Positions 1 to 12,340 of a stretch of DNA of 64,000 nucleotides are shown here, one piece after another. A program made the translations under genes and the position numbers. This DNA is from Macrostomum lignano (taxonomy: Eukaryota): contig NIVC01000257.1 in the NCBI GenBank assembly GCA_002269645.1, positions 62,001-126,000 on the forward strand, in the 5' to 3' direction. Under the pieces are notes generated by a model that was not told where the DNA came from, did no database searches, and saw only the letters and a list, made by a program, of their open reading frames with translations. Each line of letters starts with the position of its first letter. Position 1 is the first letter of the stretch.

Positions 1-330
1 GCTCTGGAGTCCCGGAGCCCCGGGGCAGTGGCCGCAGCCGCTGATCAGGTGTCGGAAGCGGCAGCGGAGGCCCGGACTCAGGCCGCTAATGCAATCGGGC
101 GGCCGGGCGCTTCCTCATTAGCTGCCAGGCCCGGGGATAACCGCGTTATCCGCATTATTCACGCTGTCCCGAGCTGGCCTGGCCGGCTTCCCGCTTTCCC
201 GCGCCGCAAACTGAGAGCGGACTTCCAGCCCGGCAAGATGGCAGCTATAAAATGAATCCGAGCGACTCCCCCGGTGCGCAGCCCGAAGGCGGTCGCGCGA
301 ACGGTGAAGAGGAAGCGACTCGGGGGGAAG
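1..330 (+). promoter_or_regulatory. GC/CpG-rich promoter-like island with TATAAAA
   Basis: CpG-dense. TATAAAA at 246-252, YY1-like CAAGATGGC just upstream, inverted repeat GGATAAC-cgc-GTTATCC at 135-151. Motif evidence only. Confidence 0.25.
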
Positions 331-510
331 CCATGCTAGAAGAAGAAGACTATCTGGAACAGGCATTAGTGGGCCTGTAGCGTCCTGGGGGCTGTCTTGA
401 GAGCTGATTTTTGCACGGAACAGGACCTTCTTTATTTAGTATCGAAGACTCACTGGGGGCTGCGTTTCAGAACGTGATTTTGTACTTTATGGAGTGAAGC
501 AACAGCGCTG

Positions 511-858
511 CTCACACAAAAACAGCAGCGCCTCACAAAACAACAGCAGCGCCTCACACAACAACAGCAGCGCCTGACGCAACAACAGCAGCGTCTCACA
601 AAACAACAGCAGCGTCTCACAAAACAACAGCAGCGCCTCACACAACAACAGCAGCGTCTCACACAACAACAGCAGCGTCTCACACAACAACAGCAGCGTT
701 TCACACAACAACAGCAGCGTCTCACACAACAACAGCAGCGCCTCACACAACAACAGCAGCGCCTCACACAACAACAGCAGCGCCTCACACAACAACAGCA
801 GCGCCTCACACAACAACAGCAACGCCTCACACAACAACAGCAGCGCCTCACACAACAA
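511..858. repeat. 21-bp minisatellite (CTCACACAACAACAGCAGCGC), ~16.5 units
   Basis: Direct reading of tandem units. Confidence 0.97.
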
Positions 859-1692
859 TTTGCAATGCACTGCCTTATAGCCTTCATGATTGCAGTGATA
901 CGCAAAAGCGACGCAACATGCAGTTTCTGGCGGGACCATCCGAAAGATGACATTCTCTTTCCCAACAAGCCGTTATCCAGTGGCCAGCAAATGAAAAGCT
1001 TTGGTTATCCAGAGGATGCAGATTCTTCAAAGAGGCAATCGGGACTTCCACTTGTCCTGCAGGCCGAAGCGACTGGCCATTTGTAAACCGCCTTGGGTAG
1101 TGGAAGATGAGCCTTATCTAGTGCGCAGGGGCCATTCTGTTTCTTCTACAGCAGCAGCAATACATTCACTGTCCAGTGCAACTTCCTCCCTGCAATCCCA
1201 TTCATGCAGGGATAACTATCTCCCGCAAGTTGGGGATTTATACCTTTGTCCAGGCTGTGGAAGGCTGTGTGTTTAAAAATTCTGCCAATTTTCCTCTGTC
1301 TGTCTGTCTGTTGTGTGTCTTTTTTTCTGCCGCGATTGCCCGCCCGGCCGCGGCTGGAGGTCAGCGCGGTTTTTGAGTGACACGACGGCCTTTTTTCTTC
1401 TTCTCTTTAGTTCGAAACGGTCCGGTTTTAAATTATCGTTTCCGCAACAATTCCTATCGCACCTCTCGCTCTCTCGCCGTTCGTCTGGTCGTTATGTTGT
1501 TGGGCGAGGTGTTGCGTCAGAGCCTGCTAAACCTTGGAATTGCTGGGACTGCGGGTTTCTCTCCCCGTTTTTCCATTAACTTCTGACTTCTGTGCGGCGA
1601 GCTGATTGGGAATGCAACAGTTCTAGTCTTGTTGATAGACGAAATTTTTAGATTTGGCAATCTTTGGCACAGAGCTAGGTCTATGCATTGAT

Positions 1693-2256
1693 TGATTGTC
1701 TGATAGATCAGATATAGATATGGAGTGATTGTCTGATAGATCAGATATAGATATGGAGTGATTGTCTGATAGATCAGATATAGATATGGAGTGATTGTCT
1801 GATAGATCAGATATAGATATGGAGTGATTGTCTGATAGATCAGATATAGATATGGAGTGATTGTCTGATAGATCAGATATAGATATGGAGTGATTGTCTG
1901 ATAGATCAGATATAGATATGGAATGATTGTCTGATAGATCAGATATAGATGTGGAGTGATTGTCTGATAGATCAGATATAGATATGGAGTGATTGTCTGA
2001 TAGATCAGATATAGATATGGAATGATTGTCTGATAGATCAGATATAGATATGGAATGATTGTCTGATAGATCAGATATAGATATGGAGTGATTGTCTGAT
2101 AGATCAGATATAGATATGGAGTGATTGTCTGATAGATCAGATATAGATATGGAGTGATTGTCTGATAGATCAGATATAGATATGGAATGATTGTCTGATA
2201 GATCAGATATAGATATGGAGTGATTGTCTGATAGATCAGATATAGATATGGAGTGA
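1693..2256. repeat. 33-bp minisatellite A (TGATTGTCTGATAGATCAGATATAGATATGGAG), ~17 units
   Basis: Tandem units; 11-aa periodicity in the ORF track. Confidence 0.97.
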
Positions 2257-2565
2257 TTGTCTGATAGATCAATTACAGACACAGAATGGCAGTCTGAAAG
2301 ATCAATTACAGACACAGAATGGCAGTCTGATAGATCAATTACAGACACAGAATGGCAGTCTGATAGATCAATTACAGGCACAGAATGGCAGTCTGATAGA
2401 TCAATTACAGACACAGAATGGCAGTCTGATAGATCAATTACAGACACAGAATGGCAGTCTGATAGATCAATTACAGACACAGAATGGCAGTCTGATAGAT
2501 CAATTACAGACACAGAATGGCAGTCTGATAGAACAATTACAGACACAGAATGGCAGTCTGATAGA
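2257..2565. repeat. 33-bp minisatellite B (GTCTGATAGATCAATTACAGACACAGAATGGCA), ~9 units
   Basis: Abuts array A and shares its core GTCTGATAGATCA. Confidence 0.97.
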
Positions 2566-3099
2566 CGAAATTGAAACTGTGAATTAAGAAGACAGAGAAA
2601 GTTCCACAGCCAGCAGCAAAATGCGCACTTCCATAGCCGGCAATGCAATCCCAAATTGAAAGAATTCCCAACTGAAAACTTTCCCCAGCTGCACAGCTCC
2701 AGAAGAACACACAGTGAGAGCATGCAAGACAAATAGCAGAATTTGCCAATTAGCACACATGCAACAGCGGGGGGGGGGAACCACCATGCCTCTGATATTC
2801 TAATATTTTGCAACTCGCAGAAAACTACACTTGCGTCCCCCTCAGGTTTCCCCTCTCTGCCTCTCTCTCTGGCTGTTGGGCCTCCTTATTTCATTCTTTG
2901 TTCGGAGTCGCTGGATGGAGAGCGCTGGTGGGCGGAGACTGATCCACCCTGATAACCGCCCAGAAGCTGTAGCTGTTAGCTGAAATTTATTGGCACTGCG
3001 CCCCAGCTAGACACAGCCCGAACTCCAACCAAAACAAGGCCCTCTCACGCTGGCATAGAGCAGTGAGTCAGAAATCTGGGCTGCTTGAAAAAACTCTGA

Positions 3100-3450
3100 G
3101 AGAACGGAGAAAAAGAAAGGAGGGGAAGATGGGAAATGGAGGAAGCAATAGAGAGAAAGGAGGGGAGAGAGGAGGGGGAGAGAGGGAAGAGGGAAGAGGA
3201 GAGGGAGAGAGCAGAGAGGGTAGAAAGGGGAGAGGCGAGAGAAGAGAAGGGAATGGAGAGAGGGAAGAGAAGAGAGAAGGGAGAGAGTAGAGAGGGGAGA
3301 GGGGAGAAGAGAGAGGGCAGATTAAAAGATGGCAGAAGAGAGAGTGGAGGGAACAGAGATGAGAGAGGAGATACTCGAGAAGGGAAAGTAGAGAGGAGAC
3401 ACATGGAGTAGAGAAAGGCAAACTGATAGAAAGATGAGAATAGAGAGGGA
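3100..3450. repeat. Purine-rich (AG) low-complexity tract
   Basis: Almost exclusively A/G on the + strand. Confidence 0.9.
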
Positions 3451-3879
3451 GAACAGAGGGCACAGAGGCAGTTCATCGAGCAGGCGGCCACAGAGCTGCA
3501 TTTCAAGCACATCGTGGCTGCGATATGAGTGAGCGGAAGATCATGAGAAGCTGCTGCGGGTGACGCAACTGCATGGGGATAACTGGGCAGAAGTGGGGGA
3601 TCAGAGAGGGGGAGATGGCGAATAGACTCAAGCTCAAATTAGGTTGAGTTGCGTAATGATAATCCATAGCTTACTAACTGCCCCCCCCGAACTGTTTGGA
3701 CCTGCTGGCTGGGCAGCAGTCGGTCAATTTTCATAGTAAATGCCGATCTCTGATGCTGATGAGGCCCGCTGGATGCTGGCTGGCCTGATAGCAATCTGAA
3801 TCTTGATGCATAATTGGAAGGATTGGACTGCAGAAGTTTCTGGTGAAAATCATGCGGTTAACCATTTGTGCTCTGCGTG

Positions 3880-5132
3880 TGTGCTTTTGTGCTCATTTCC
3901 TGTGTGTTTAGCAGCAATGAGGATGTATTTCATGTCCTCATTTCCTGAGTGTGTTGCAGCAATGAGGATGTATTTCATGTGCTCATTTCCTGAGTGTGTT
4001 GCAGCAATGAGGATGTATTTCATGTGCTCATTTCCTGAGTGTGTTGCAGCAATGAGGATGTGTTTCATGTGCTCATTTCCTGAGTGTGTTGCAGCAATGA
4101 GGATGTGTTTCATGTGCTCATTTCCTGAGTGTGTTGCAGCAATGAGGATGTGTTTCAATGTGCTCATTTCCTGAGTGTGTTGCAGCAATGAGGATGTGTT
4201 TCATGTGCTCATTTCCTGAGTGTGTTGCAGCAATGAGGATGTGTTTCAATGTGCTCATTTCCTGAGTGTGTTGCAGCAATGAGGATGTGTTTCATGTGCT
4301 CATTTCCTGAGTGTGTTGCAGCAATGAGGATGTGTTTCAATGTGCTCATTTCCTGAGTGTGTTGCAGCAATGAGGATGTGTTTCATGTGCTCATTTCCTG
4401 AGTGTGTTGCAGCAATGAGGATGTGTTTCAATGTGCTCATTTCCTGAGTGTGTTGCAGCAATGAGGATGTGTTTCAATGTGCTCATTTCCTGAGTGTGTT
4501 GCAGCAATGAGGATGTGTTTCATGTGCTCATTTCCTGAGTGTGTTGCAGCAATGAGGATGTGTTTCAATGTGCTCATTTCCTGAGTGTGTTGCAGCAATG
4601 AGGATGTGTTTCAATGTGCTCATTTCCTGAGTGTGTTGCAGCAATGAGGATGTGTTTCAATGTGCTCATTTCCTGAGTGTGTTGCAGCAATGAGGATGTG
4701 TTTCAATGTGCTCATTTCCTGAGTGTGTTGCAGCAATGAGGATGTGTTTCAATGTGCTCATTTCCTGAGTGTGTTGCAGCAGTGAAGATGTGTTTCAATG
4801 TGCTCATTTCCTGAGTGTGTTGCAGCAATGAGGATGTGTTTCAATGTGCTCATTTCCTGAGTGTGTTGCAGCAATGAGGATGTGTTTCAATGTGCTCATT
4901 TCCTGAGTGTGTTGCAGCAATGAGGATGTGTTTCAATGTGCTCATTTCCTGAGTGTGTTGCAGCAATGAGGATGTGTTTCAATGTGCTCATTTCCTGAGT
5001 GTGTTGCAGCAATGAGGATGTGTTTCAATGTGCTCATTTCCTGAGTGTGTTGCAGCAATGAGGATGTGTTTCAATGTGCTCATTTCCTGAGTGTGTTGCA
5101 GCAATGAGGATGTGTTTCAATGTGCTCATTTC
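3880..5132. repeat. 45/46-bp minisatellite, ~27 units
   Basis: Unit GCAGCAATGAGGATGTGTTTCA(A)TGTGCTCATTTCCTGAGTGTGTT. Confidence 0.97.
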
Positions 5133-5944
5133 GTGATGGACATCGGAGCTGATATGGGGATAAGTTGCAGCTTCCCAGCAGCACTGATTTTCAGCCTCAC
5201 CGAGGCCCGATGTCGCACTATGGAATGAAAAGAACAAAACGCAGTCTTAACGCCAAACAATTTGCAATTTTGCAGCGCAGCAGCACTGATAGATTAAAGA
5301 GCTGTAGATTCGATACACTCCGAGCCTCTGCAGTTCTGCTTTCTCTCTCCACTCTCACCTCTCAGTCATTCATCTCCCAATTAGCAGATTGTAGCCACCA
5401 ATCAACAGTTGGTAGCGCTGGTCGCAGCTGCTGCGCAAGCAAATACTTGTTGCAAAAGAGTAGAAATCGAAAGCAGAAGAAAGCAAGCAAGTGCTTGGGA
5501 ATTGCAGATTGCTTCTGTGAAGCTGGAAGCCTTAATTTAATGATACAGTCTTCCCGGGCTTATAGGGCGATTCCCACGACATCAAGTAGTGTTTCTGCGT
5601 ATGTCTAGACGGTACCGAGGCATAAGAAAAATAAACAGGCGACTCCAATACAGTGTGAACTGCTGCAGTTTGCAACAGGCAGGGCAGAGCAAAAGTAAAA
5701 TTAAGTAAACTGGGATCCACAGAACAACAATTTTGCCAATCTGGGGACGGGTTCAAGCAGGTCACCATCAGATGCAACAGCAAGATTAGCATGTAAAGCA
5801 TGTATGGGATCTGCCCAAACTCCCGCAACTGACCCCCCTGTCACTCAGCCTCCAATCAGCCTGTCCCTGTCTGCGTGGCAACACAGCAAAGCAAAACAGT
5901 AGCCTAAACACATCGTATACTGATATAAGGCATGTTGATCTGCA

Positions 5945-6777
5945 ACCTGGAATTCTGGGGTGGTGGGCGCGGATGTCCTACTGAGTGAGTGAACTGTGTA
6001 CCTGGAATCCAAGGTGGGGGTGGGCGGATCTCCTGCCGAGTCAGTGAACTGTGTACCTGGAATCCAAGGTGGGGGTGGGCGGATCTCCTGCCGAGTCAGT
6101 GAACTGTGTACCTGGAATCCAAGGTGAAGGTGGGCGGATGTCCCGCTGAGTCAGTGAACTGTGTACCTGGAATCCAAGGTGAAGGTGGGCGGATGTCCCG
6201 CTGAGTCAGTGAACTGTGTACCTGGAATCCAAGGTGGGGGTGGGCGGATGTCCCGCTGAGTCAGTGAACTGTGTATCTGGAATCCAAGGTGGGGGTGGGC
6301 GGATGTCCCGCTGAGTCAGTGAACTGTGTATCTGGAATCCAAGGTGGGGGTGGGCGGATGTCCCGCTGAGTCAGTGAACTGTGTACCTGGAATCCAAGGT
6401 GGGGGTGGGCGGATCTCCTGCCGAGTGAGTGAACTGTGTACCTGGAATCCAAGGTGAAGGTGGGCGGATGTCCCGCTGAGTCAGTGAACTGTGTACCTGG
6501 AATCCAAGGTGAAGGTGGGCGGATGTCCCGCTGAGTCAGTGAACTGTGTACCTGGAATCCAAGGTGAAGGTGGGCGGATGTCCCGCTGAGTGAGTGAACT
6601 GTGTACCTGGAATCCAAGGTGGGGGTGGGCGGATGTCCCGCTGAGTCAGTGAACTGTGTACCTGGAATCCAAGGTGGGGGTGGGCGGATCTCCCGCTGAG
6701 TGAGTGAACTGTGTACCTGGAATCCAAGGTGAAGGTGGGCGGATGTCCCGCTGAGTCAGTGAACTGTGTACCTGGAA
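5945..6777. repeat. 55-bp minisatellite, ~14 units plus a degenerate lead unit
   Basis: Unit TCAGTGAACTGTGTACCTGGAATCCAAGGTG(AA/GG)GGTGGGCGGATGTCCCGCTGAG. Confidence 0.97.
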
Positions 6778-7189
6778 CCGAGTCATAAATGCCAAACCAT
6801 GCGAGGGGCTCTCTGGCAGCTTGAAGAGGCCCCAGTTACCAGAGGCTTGCATTATTAGTCCCATTATTTTATTACCGCGGTCTATAGACAACAGATGGCA
6901 ACAAAAGTACATCCGAGGCGATGAAAAATGCAAAAAAGCAACAGAGAAAAATCCGAAGGAGATGCAGACGATGCCATTCTGAAGTCAAGACTTGGGTGGC
7001 CAACCTTTGTCGCAATAAATCTGTTGTCAAGTTCCGGCGAGGAGGAGAGGCTTCTGACATGGGTGGGTGATAAAGGTTTTAGCCTGTGGTCTCGGTGCTG
7101 CACCTGGTAATTCCTTCACTTTGTTTGGCAGAAAATAAGGAGGTAGCTTATTGTGTACTTTTAGAGGGTGATGGCTGTGGCACGCTGAG

Positions 7190-8400
7190 GAGCCCCAATC
7201 ACCCACAATCACTCACACCCCAATGACCCACACCCCAATCACCCCAATCACCCACAATCACTCACACCCCAATGACCCACACCCCAATCACCCCAATCAC
7301 CCACAATCACTCACACCCCAATGACCCACACCCCAATTACCCCAATCACCCACAATCACTCAAACTCCAATGACCCACACCCCAATCACCCCAATCACCC
7401 ACAATCACTCACACTAAAATGACCCACACCCCAATCACCCACAATCACTCACACCCCAATGACCCACACCCCAATCACCCCAATCACCCACAATCACTCA
7501 CACCCCAATGACCCACACCCCAATCACCCCAATCACCCACACCCCAATCACCCGAATCATCCCAATCACCCACACCTTAATCACCCCAATCACCCGAATC
7601 ACCCACACCCCAATCACCCGAATCATCCCAATCACCCACACCTTAATCACCCCAATCACCCGAATCATCCCAATCACCCACACCTTAATCACCCGAATCA
7701 CCCCAATCACCCACACCCCAATCACCCACACCCCAATCACCCCAGTCGCACACACCCCAGTCGCACACACCCCAGTCGCACACACCCCAATCGCACACAC
7801 CCCAATCGCACACACCCCAATCGCACACACCCCAATCGCACACACCCCAATCGCACACACTCCAGTCGCACACACCCCAATCGCACACACTCCAGTCGCA
7901 CACACCCCAATCGCACACACCCCAGTCGCACACACCCCAATCGCACACACCCCAGTCGCACACACCCCAATCGCACACACCCCAATCGCACACACCCCAA
8001 TCGCACACACCCCAATCGCACACACCCCAATCGCACACACTCCAGTCGCACACACCCCAATCGCACACACCCCAGTCGCACACACCCCAATCGCACACAC
8101 TCCAGTCGCACACACCCCAATCGCACACACTCCAGTCGCACACACCCCAATCGCACACACTCCAGTCGCACACACCCCAATCGCACACACCCCAGTGGCA
8201 CACACCCCAATCGCACACACTCCAGTCGCACACACCCCAATCGCACACATCCCAGTCGCACACACCCCAATCGCACACACTCCAGTCGCACACACCCCAA
8301 TCGCACACACCCCAATCGCACACACTCCAGTCGCACACACCCCAATCGCACACACCCCAATCGCACACACCCCAGTCGCACACACCCCAATCACCCACAC
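7190..8400. repeat. Composite C/A-rich array: irregular CACCCCAATCAC units, then a 15-bp unit (CACACACCCCAATCG / CACACACTCCAGTCG)
   Basis: Direct reading; the unit changes at about 7740. Confidence 0.95.
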
Positions 8401-8984
8401 CTAGTATTCCATTCCCCAGCTTCAAAGCTTCATCCTGAGTGGTGGAAGGCTCGCTCTCACCAGAGAAAGCAAAGACATTCCTGACACTGGCAATGGGTCT
8501 TCAACACCCTTTTCCCCTTGCCTGCTGCTGGCGGAATGCGCCATCTTAACTAATTAATCCCAATTGGCACTCGACACGGAGAAGATTCTCTCCCCCGTTG
8601 TCTCTAGCAAACTGTGATGCAGCGCGCAGCTTCCCAGGAATCAGCGGGATCTTGAAGAAAAAACTATTCGCTGGGGAGGCCGCGTTCCCAGTGGCAACAC
8701 TGGAAGGGGGGCACTGACCCCCCTGCCAGCGCCAGTTGTCAAATATGTTTTTTTCCCGCGCAAAAACCAGCTGCTACGCCGGGTCAGCAGCATTTCTTCT
8801 AGGAGAAGAGGATGAACATTCCAGCAAAGCTGATGCTGCAGGCGACTTGCGGCGCGTGCGAGACGCCCGCCTTTTGCCAGATGCAACGGAAAACCGATAC
8901 GAGTATGGAAGTCGGGTGACTCCTTGGCATTGGCCGCACTAGGTCGTTGGTGCTTTGATGGCGAGCGGGGACCTGGGATGATGT

Positions 8985-10155
8985 TCTTAGATTGATTCTT
9001 GTACTGTCTGGCTGGCTCTTAGTTAGATTCTTGTACAGTCTGGCTGGTTTTCAAATGGATTCTTGTACAGTCTGGCTGGTTTTCAAATGGATTCTTGTAC
9101 AGTCTGGCTGGCTCTCAATTGGATTCTTGTACAATCTAGCTGGTTCTCAATTGGATTCTTGTACAGTCTGGCTGGCTCTCAGTTGGATTCTTGTACAGTC
9201 TGGCTGGCTCTCAATTGGATTCTTGTACAATCTAGCTGGTTCTCAATTGGATTCTTGTACAGTCTGGCTGGCTCTTAGTTAGATTCTTGTACAGTGTGGC
9301 TGGTTTTCAATTGGATTCTTGTGCAGTGTGGCTGGTTCTCAATTGGATTCTTGTACAGTCTGGCTGGCTCTCAGTTGGATTCTTGTACAGTCTGGCTGGT
9401 TCTCAATTGGATTCTTGTACAGTCTGGCTGGCTCTCAATTGGATTCTTGTACTGTCTGGCTGGCTCTCAATTGGATTCTTGTACAATCTAGCTGGTTCTC
9501 AATTGGATTCTTGTACAGTCTGGCTGGCTCTTAGTTAGATTCTTGTACAGTCTGGCTGGTTTTCAAATGGATTCTTGTACAGTCTGGCTGGCTCTCAATT
9601 GGATTCTTGTACAATCTAGCTGGTTCTCAATTGGATTCTTGTACAGTCTGGCTGGCTCTCAGTTGGATTCTTGTACAGTCTGGCTGGCTCTCAGTTGGAT
9701 TCTTGTACAGTCTGGCTGGCTCTCAATTGGATTCTTGTACAATGTAGCTGGTTCTCAATTGGATTCTTGTACAATCTAGCTGGTTCTCAATTGGATTCTT
9801 GTACAATGTGGCTGGTTCTCAATTGAATTCTTGTACAGTCTGGCTGGCTCTCAATTGGATTCTTGTACAATGTAGCTGGTTCTCAATTGGATTCTTGTAC
9901 AGTCTGGCTGGCTCTCAATTGGATTCTTGTACAGTCTGGCTGGTTCTCAATTGGATTCTTGTACAGTCTGGCTGGCTCTCAGTTGGATTCTTGTACAGTC
10001 TGGCTGGCTCTCAATTGGATTCTTGTACAATGTAGCTGGTTCTCAATTGGATTCTTGTACAATCTAGCTGGTTCTCAATTGGATTCTTGTACAATGTGGC
10101 TGGTTCTCAATTGAATTCTTGTACAGTCTGGCTGGCTCTCAATTGGATTCTTGTA
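8985..10155. repeat. 32-bp minisatellite (ATTGGATTCTTGTACAGTCTGGCTGGCTCTCA), ~36 units
   Basis: Tandem units; 9061-9212 recurs at 9541-9692 (480-bp offset). Confidence 0.97.
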
Positions 10156-10681
10156 TAATGTTTGGTTGTCACTGGAAAACAGTGCCTTAAAATGCTTGCT
10201 AAATATCGTCAGCGAGTGTCACTGCACACTCTACGAGTTGGAAGGAATGTCTATGGCTAAAGCTCCCTTGCTAGGGTTCACACGCTGGATGATTCCCCGG
10301 GGAACACCCGAGAATCCACAGCCAAAAAGCACACAACGAGCCAGGACTATTTTTTGCCAAAGAAACACGCCACACAAAAAAGATACTGACGAACGGTGCG
10401 AAAGTAAGTCGGTAAGTTCGAGCCTAATAACTGTGTTGTCAACATCGGCTTTGCGTAGTTGTTATATGTATGTATGCGGTTTGCAGCCCAGATTCTATGG
10501 AAGGTTGGGCTATCAAGAATCCAAAATAGCGCTGTTTTCTCCGCAAATGGCTTTAAAAAATTTTCGGAGAATTGCGCAGGTCCGAAATTCGCAGATGTTC
10601 GAAATGGGAGAAAATCGGTTCTGCCGTGGCTGTTGTGAGGCGATCTGCCTGTAACATAAAGTATTAACCGTAAGCTGAGGG

Positions 10682-11934
10682 CACCCTCCTTAACAGCACC
10701 CTCCTTCCCTAACAGCACCCTCCCTAACAGCACCCTCCCTAACAGCAACCTCCCTAACAGCAACCTCCCTAACAGCACCCTCCCTAACAGCACCCTCCCT
10801 AACAGCACCCTCCCTAACAGCACCCTCCTTCCCTAACAGCACCCTCCCTAACAGCACCCTCCCTAACAGCACCCTCCCTAACAGCACCCTCCCTAACAGC
10901 ACCCTCCCTAACAGCACCCTCCCTAACAGCAACCTCCCTAACAGCACCCTCCCTAACAGCAACCTCCCTAACAGCAACCTCCCTAACAGCACCCTCCTTC
11001 CCTAACAGCACCCTCCCTAACAGCACCCTCCCTAACAGCACCCTCCCTAACAGCACCCTCCCTAACAGCACCCTCCCTAACAGCACCCTCCCTAACAGCA
11101 ACCTCCCTAACAGCACCCTCCCTAACAGCAACCTCCCTAACAGCAACCTCCCTAACAGCACCCTCCCTAACCGCACCCTCCCTAACAGCACCCTCCCTAA
11201 CAGCAACTTCCCTAACAGCACCCTCCCTAACAGCAACCTCCCTAACAGCACCCTCCCTAACAGCACCCTCCCTAACAGCAACCTCCCTAACAGCACCCTC
11301 CCTAACAGCAACCTCCCTAACAGCACCCTCCCTAACAGCACCCTCCCTCCCTAACAGCACCCTCCCTAACAGCACCCTCCCTAACAGCACCCTCCCTAAC
11401 AGCACCTTCCCTAACCGCACCCTCCCTAACAGCACCCTCCCTAACAGCACCCTCCCTAACAGCACCCTCCTTCCCTAACAGCACCCTCCCTAACAGCACC
11501 CTCCCTAACAGCACCCTCCCTAACAGCACCCTCCCTAACAGCACCCTCCCTAACAGCAACCTCCCTAACAGCAACCTCCCTAACAGCACCCTCCCTAACC
11601 GCACCCTCCCTAACAGCACCCTCCCTAACCGCACCCTCCCTAACAGCACCCTCCCTAACAGCACCCTCCCTCCCTAACAGCACCCTTCCTCCCTAACAGC
11701 ACCCTCCCTCCCTAACAGCACCCTCCCTCCCTAACAGCACCCTTCCTCCCTAACAGCACCCTCCCTCCCTAACAGCACCCTCCCTCCCTAACAGCACCCT
11801 CCCTCCCTAACAGCACCCTCCCTCCCTAACAGCACCCTCCCTCCCTAACAGCACCCTCCCTCCCTAACAGCACCCTTCCTCCCTAACAGCACCCTCCCTA
11901 ACAGCACCCTCCCTAACAGCACCCTCCCTCCCTA
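10682..11934. repeat. 15-bp minisatellite (CCCTAACAGCACCCT) with 19-bp variants, ~80 units
   Basis: Each unit contains CCCTAA. Confidence 0.97.
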
Positions 11935-12023
11935 GCCTTCTCGAACAGCAGTTCTATTGAAATTCAGATAGAAATTCTGCACCTCCTGAGGCTCCTTGTT
12001 GCTCAGTTCTTAGCTCTTCGCCC

Positions 12024-12340
12024 GAACTGGCACTGAACTGGCACTGAACTGGCACTGAACTGGCACTGAACTGGCACTGAACTGGCACTGAACTGGCACT
12101 GAACTGGCACTGAACTGGCACTGAACTGGCACTGAACTGGCACTGAACTGGCACTGAACTGGCACTGAACTGGCACTGAACTGGCACTGAACTGGCACTG
12201 AACTGGCACTGAACTGGCACTAAACTGGCACTGAACTGGCACTGAACTGGCACTGAACTGGCACTGAACTGGCACTGAACTGGCACTGAACTGGCACTAA
12301 ACTGGCACTGAACTGGCACTGAACTGGCACTGAACTGGCA
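12024..12340. repeat. 11-bp minisatellite (GAACTGGCACT), ~29 near-perfect units
   Basis: Direct reading. Confidence 0.98.

Noticed and set aside
28-366. Short ORFs at the window start (28-255 +, 118-366 -)
   Set aside because: Expected in GC-rich DNA; non-ATG or featureless, with no domain.
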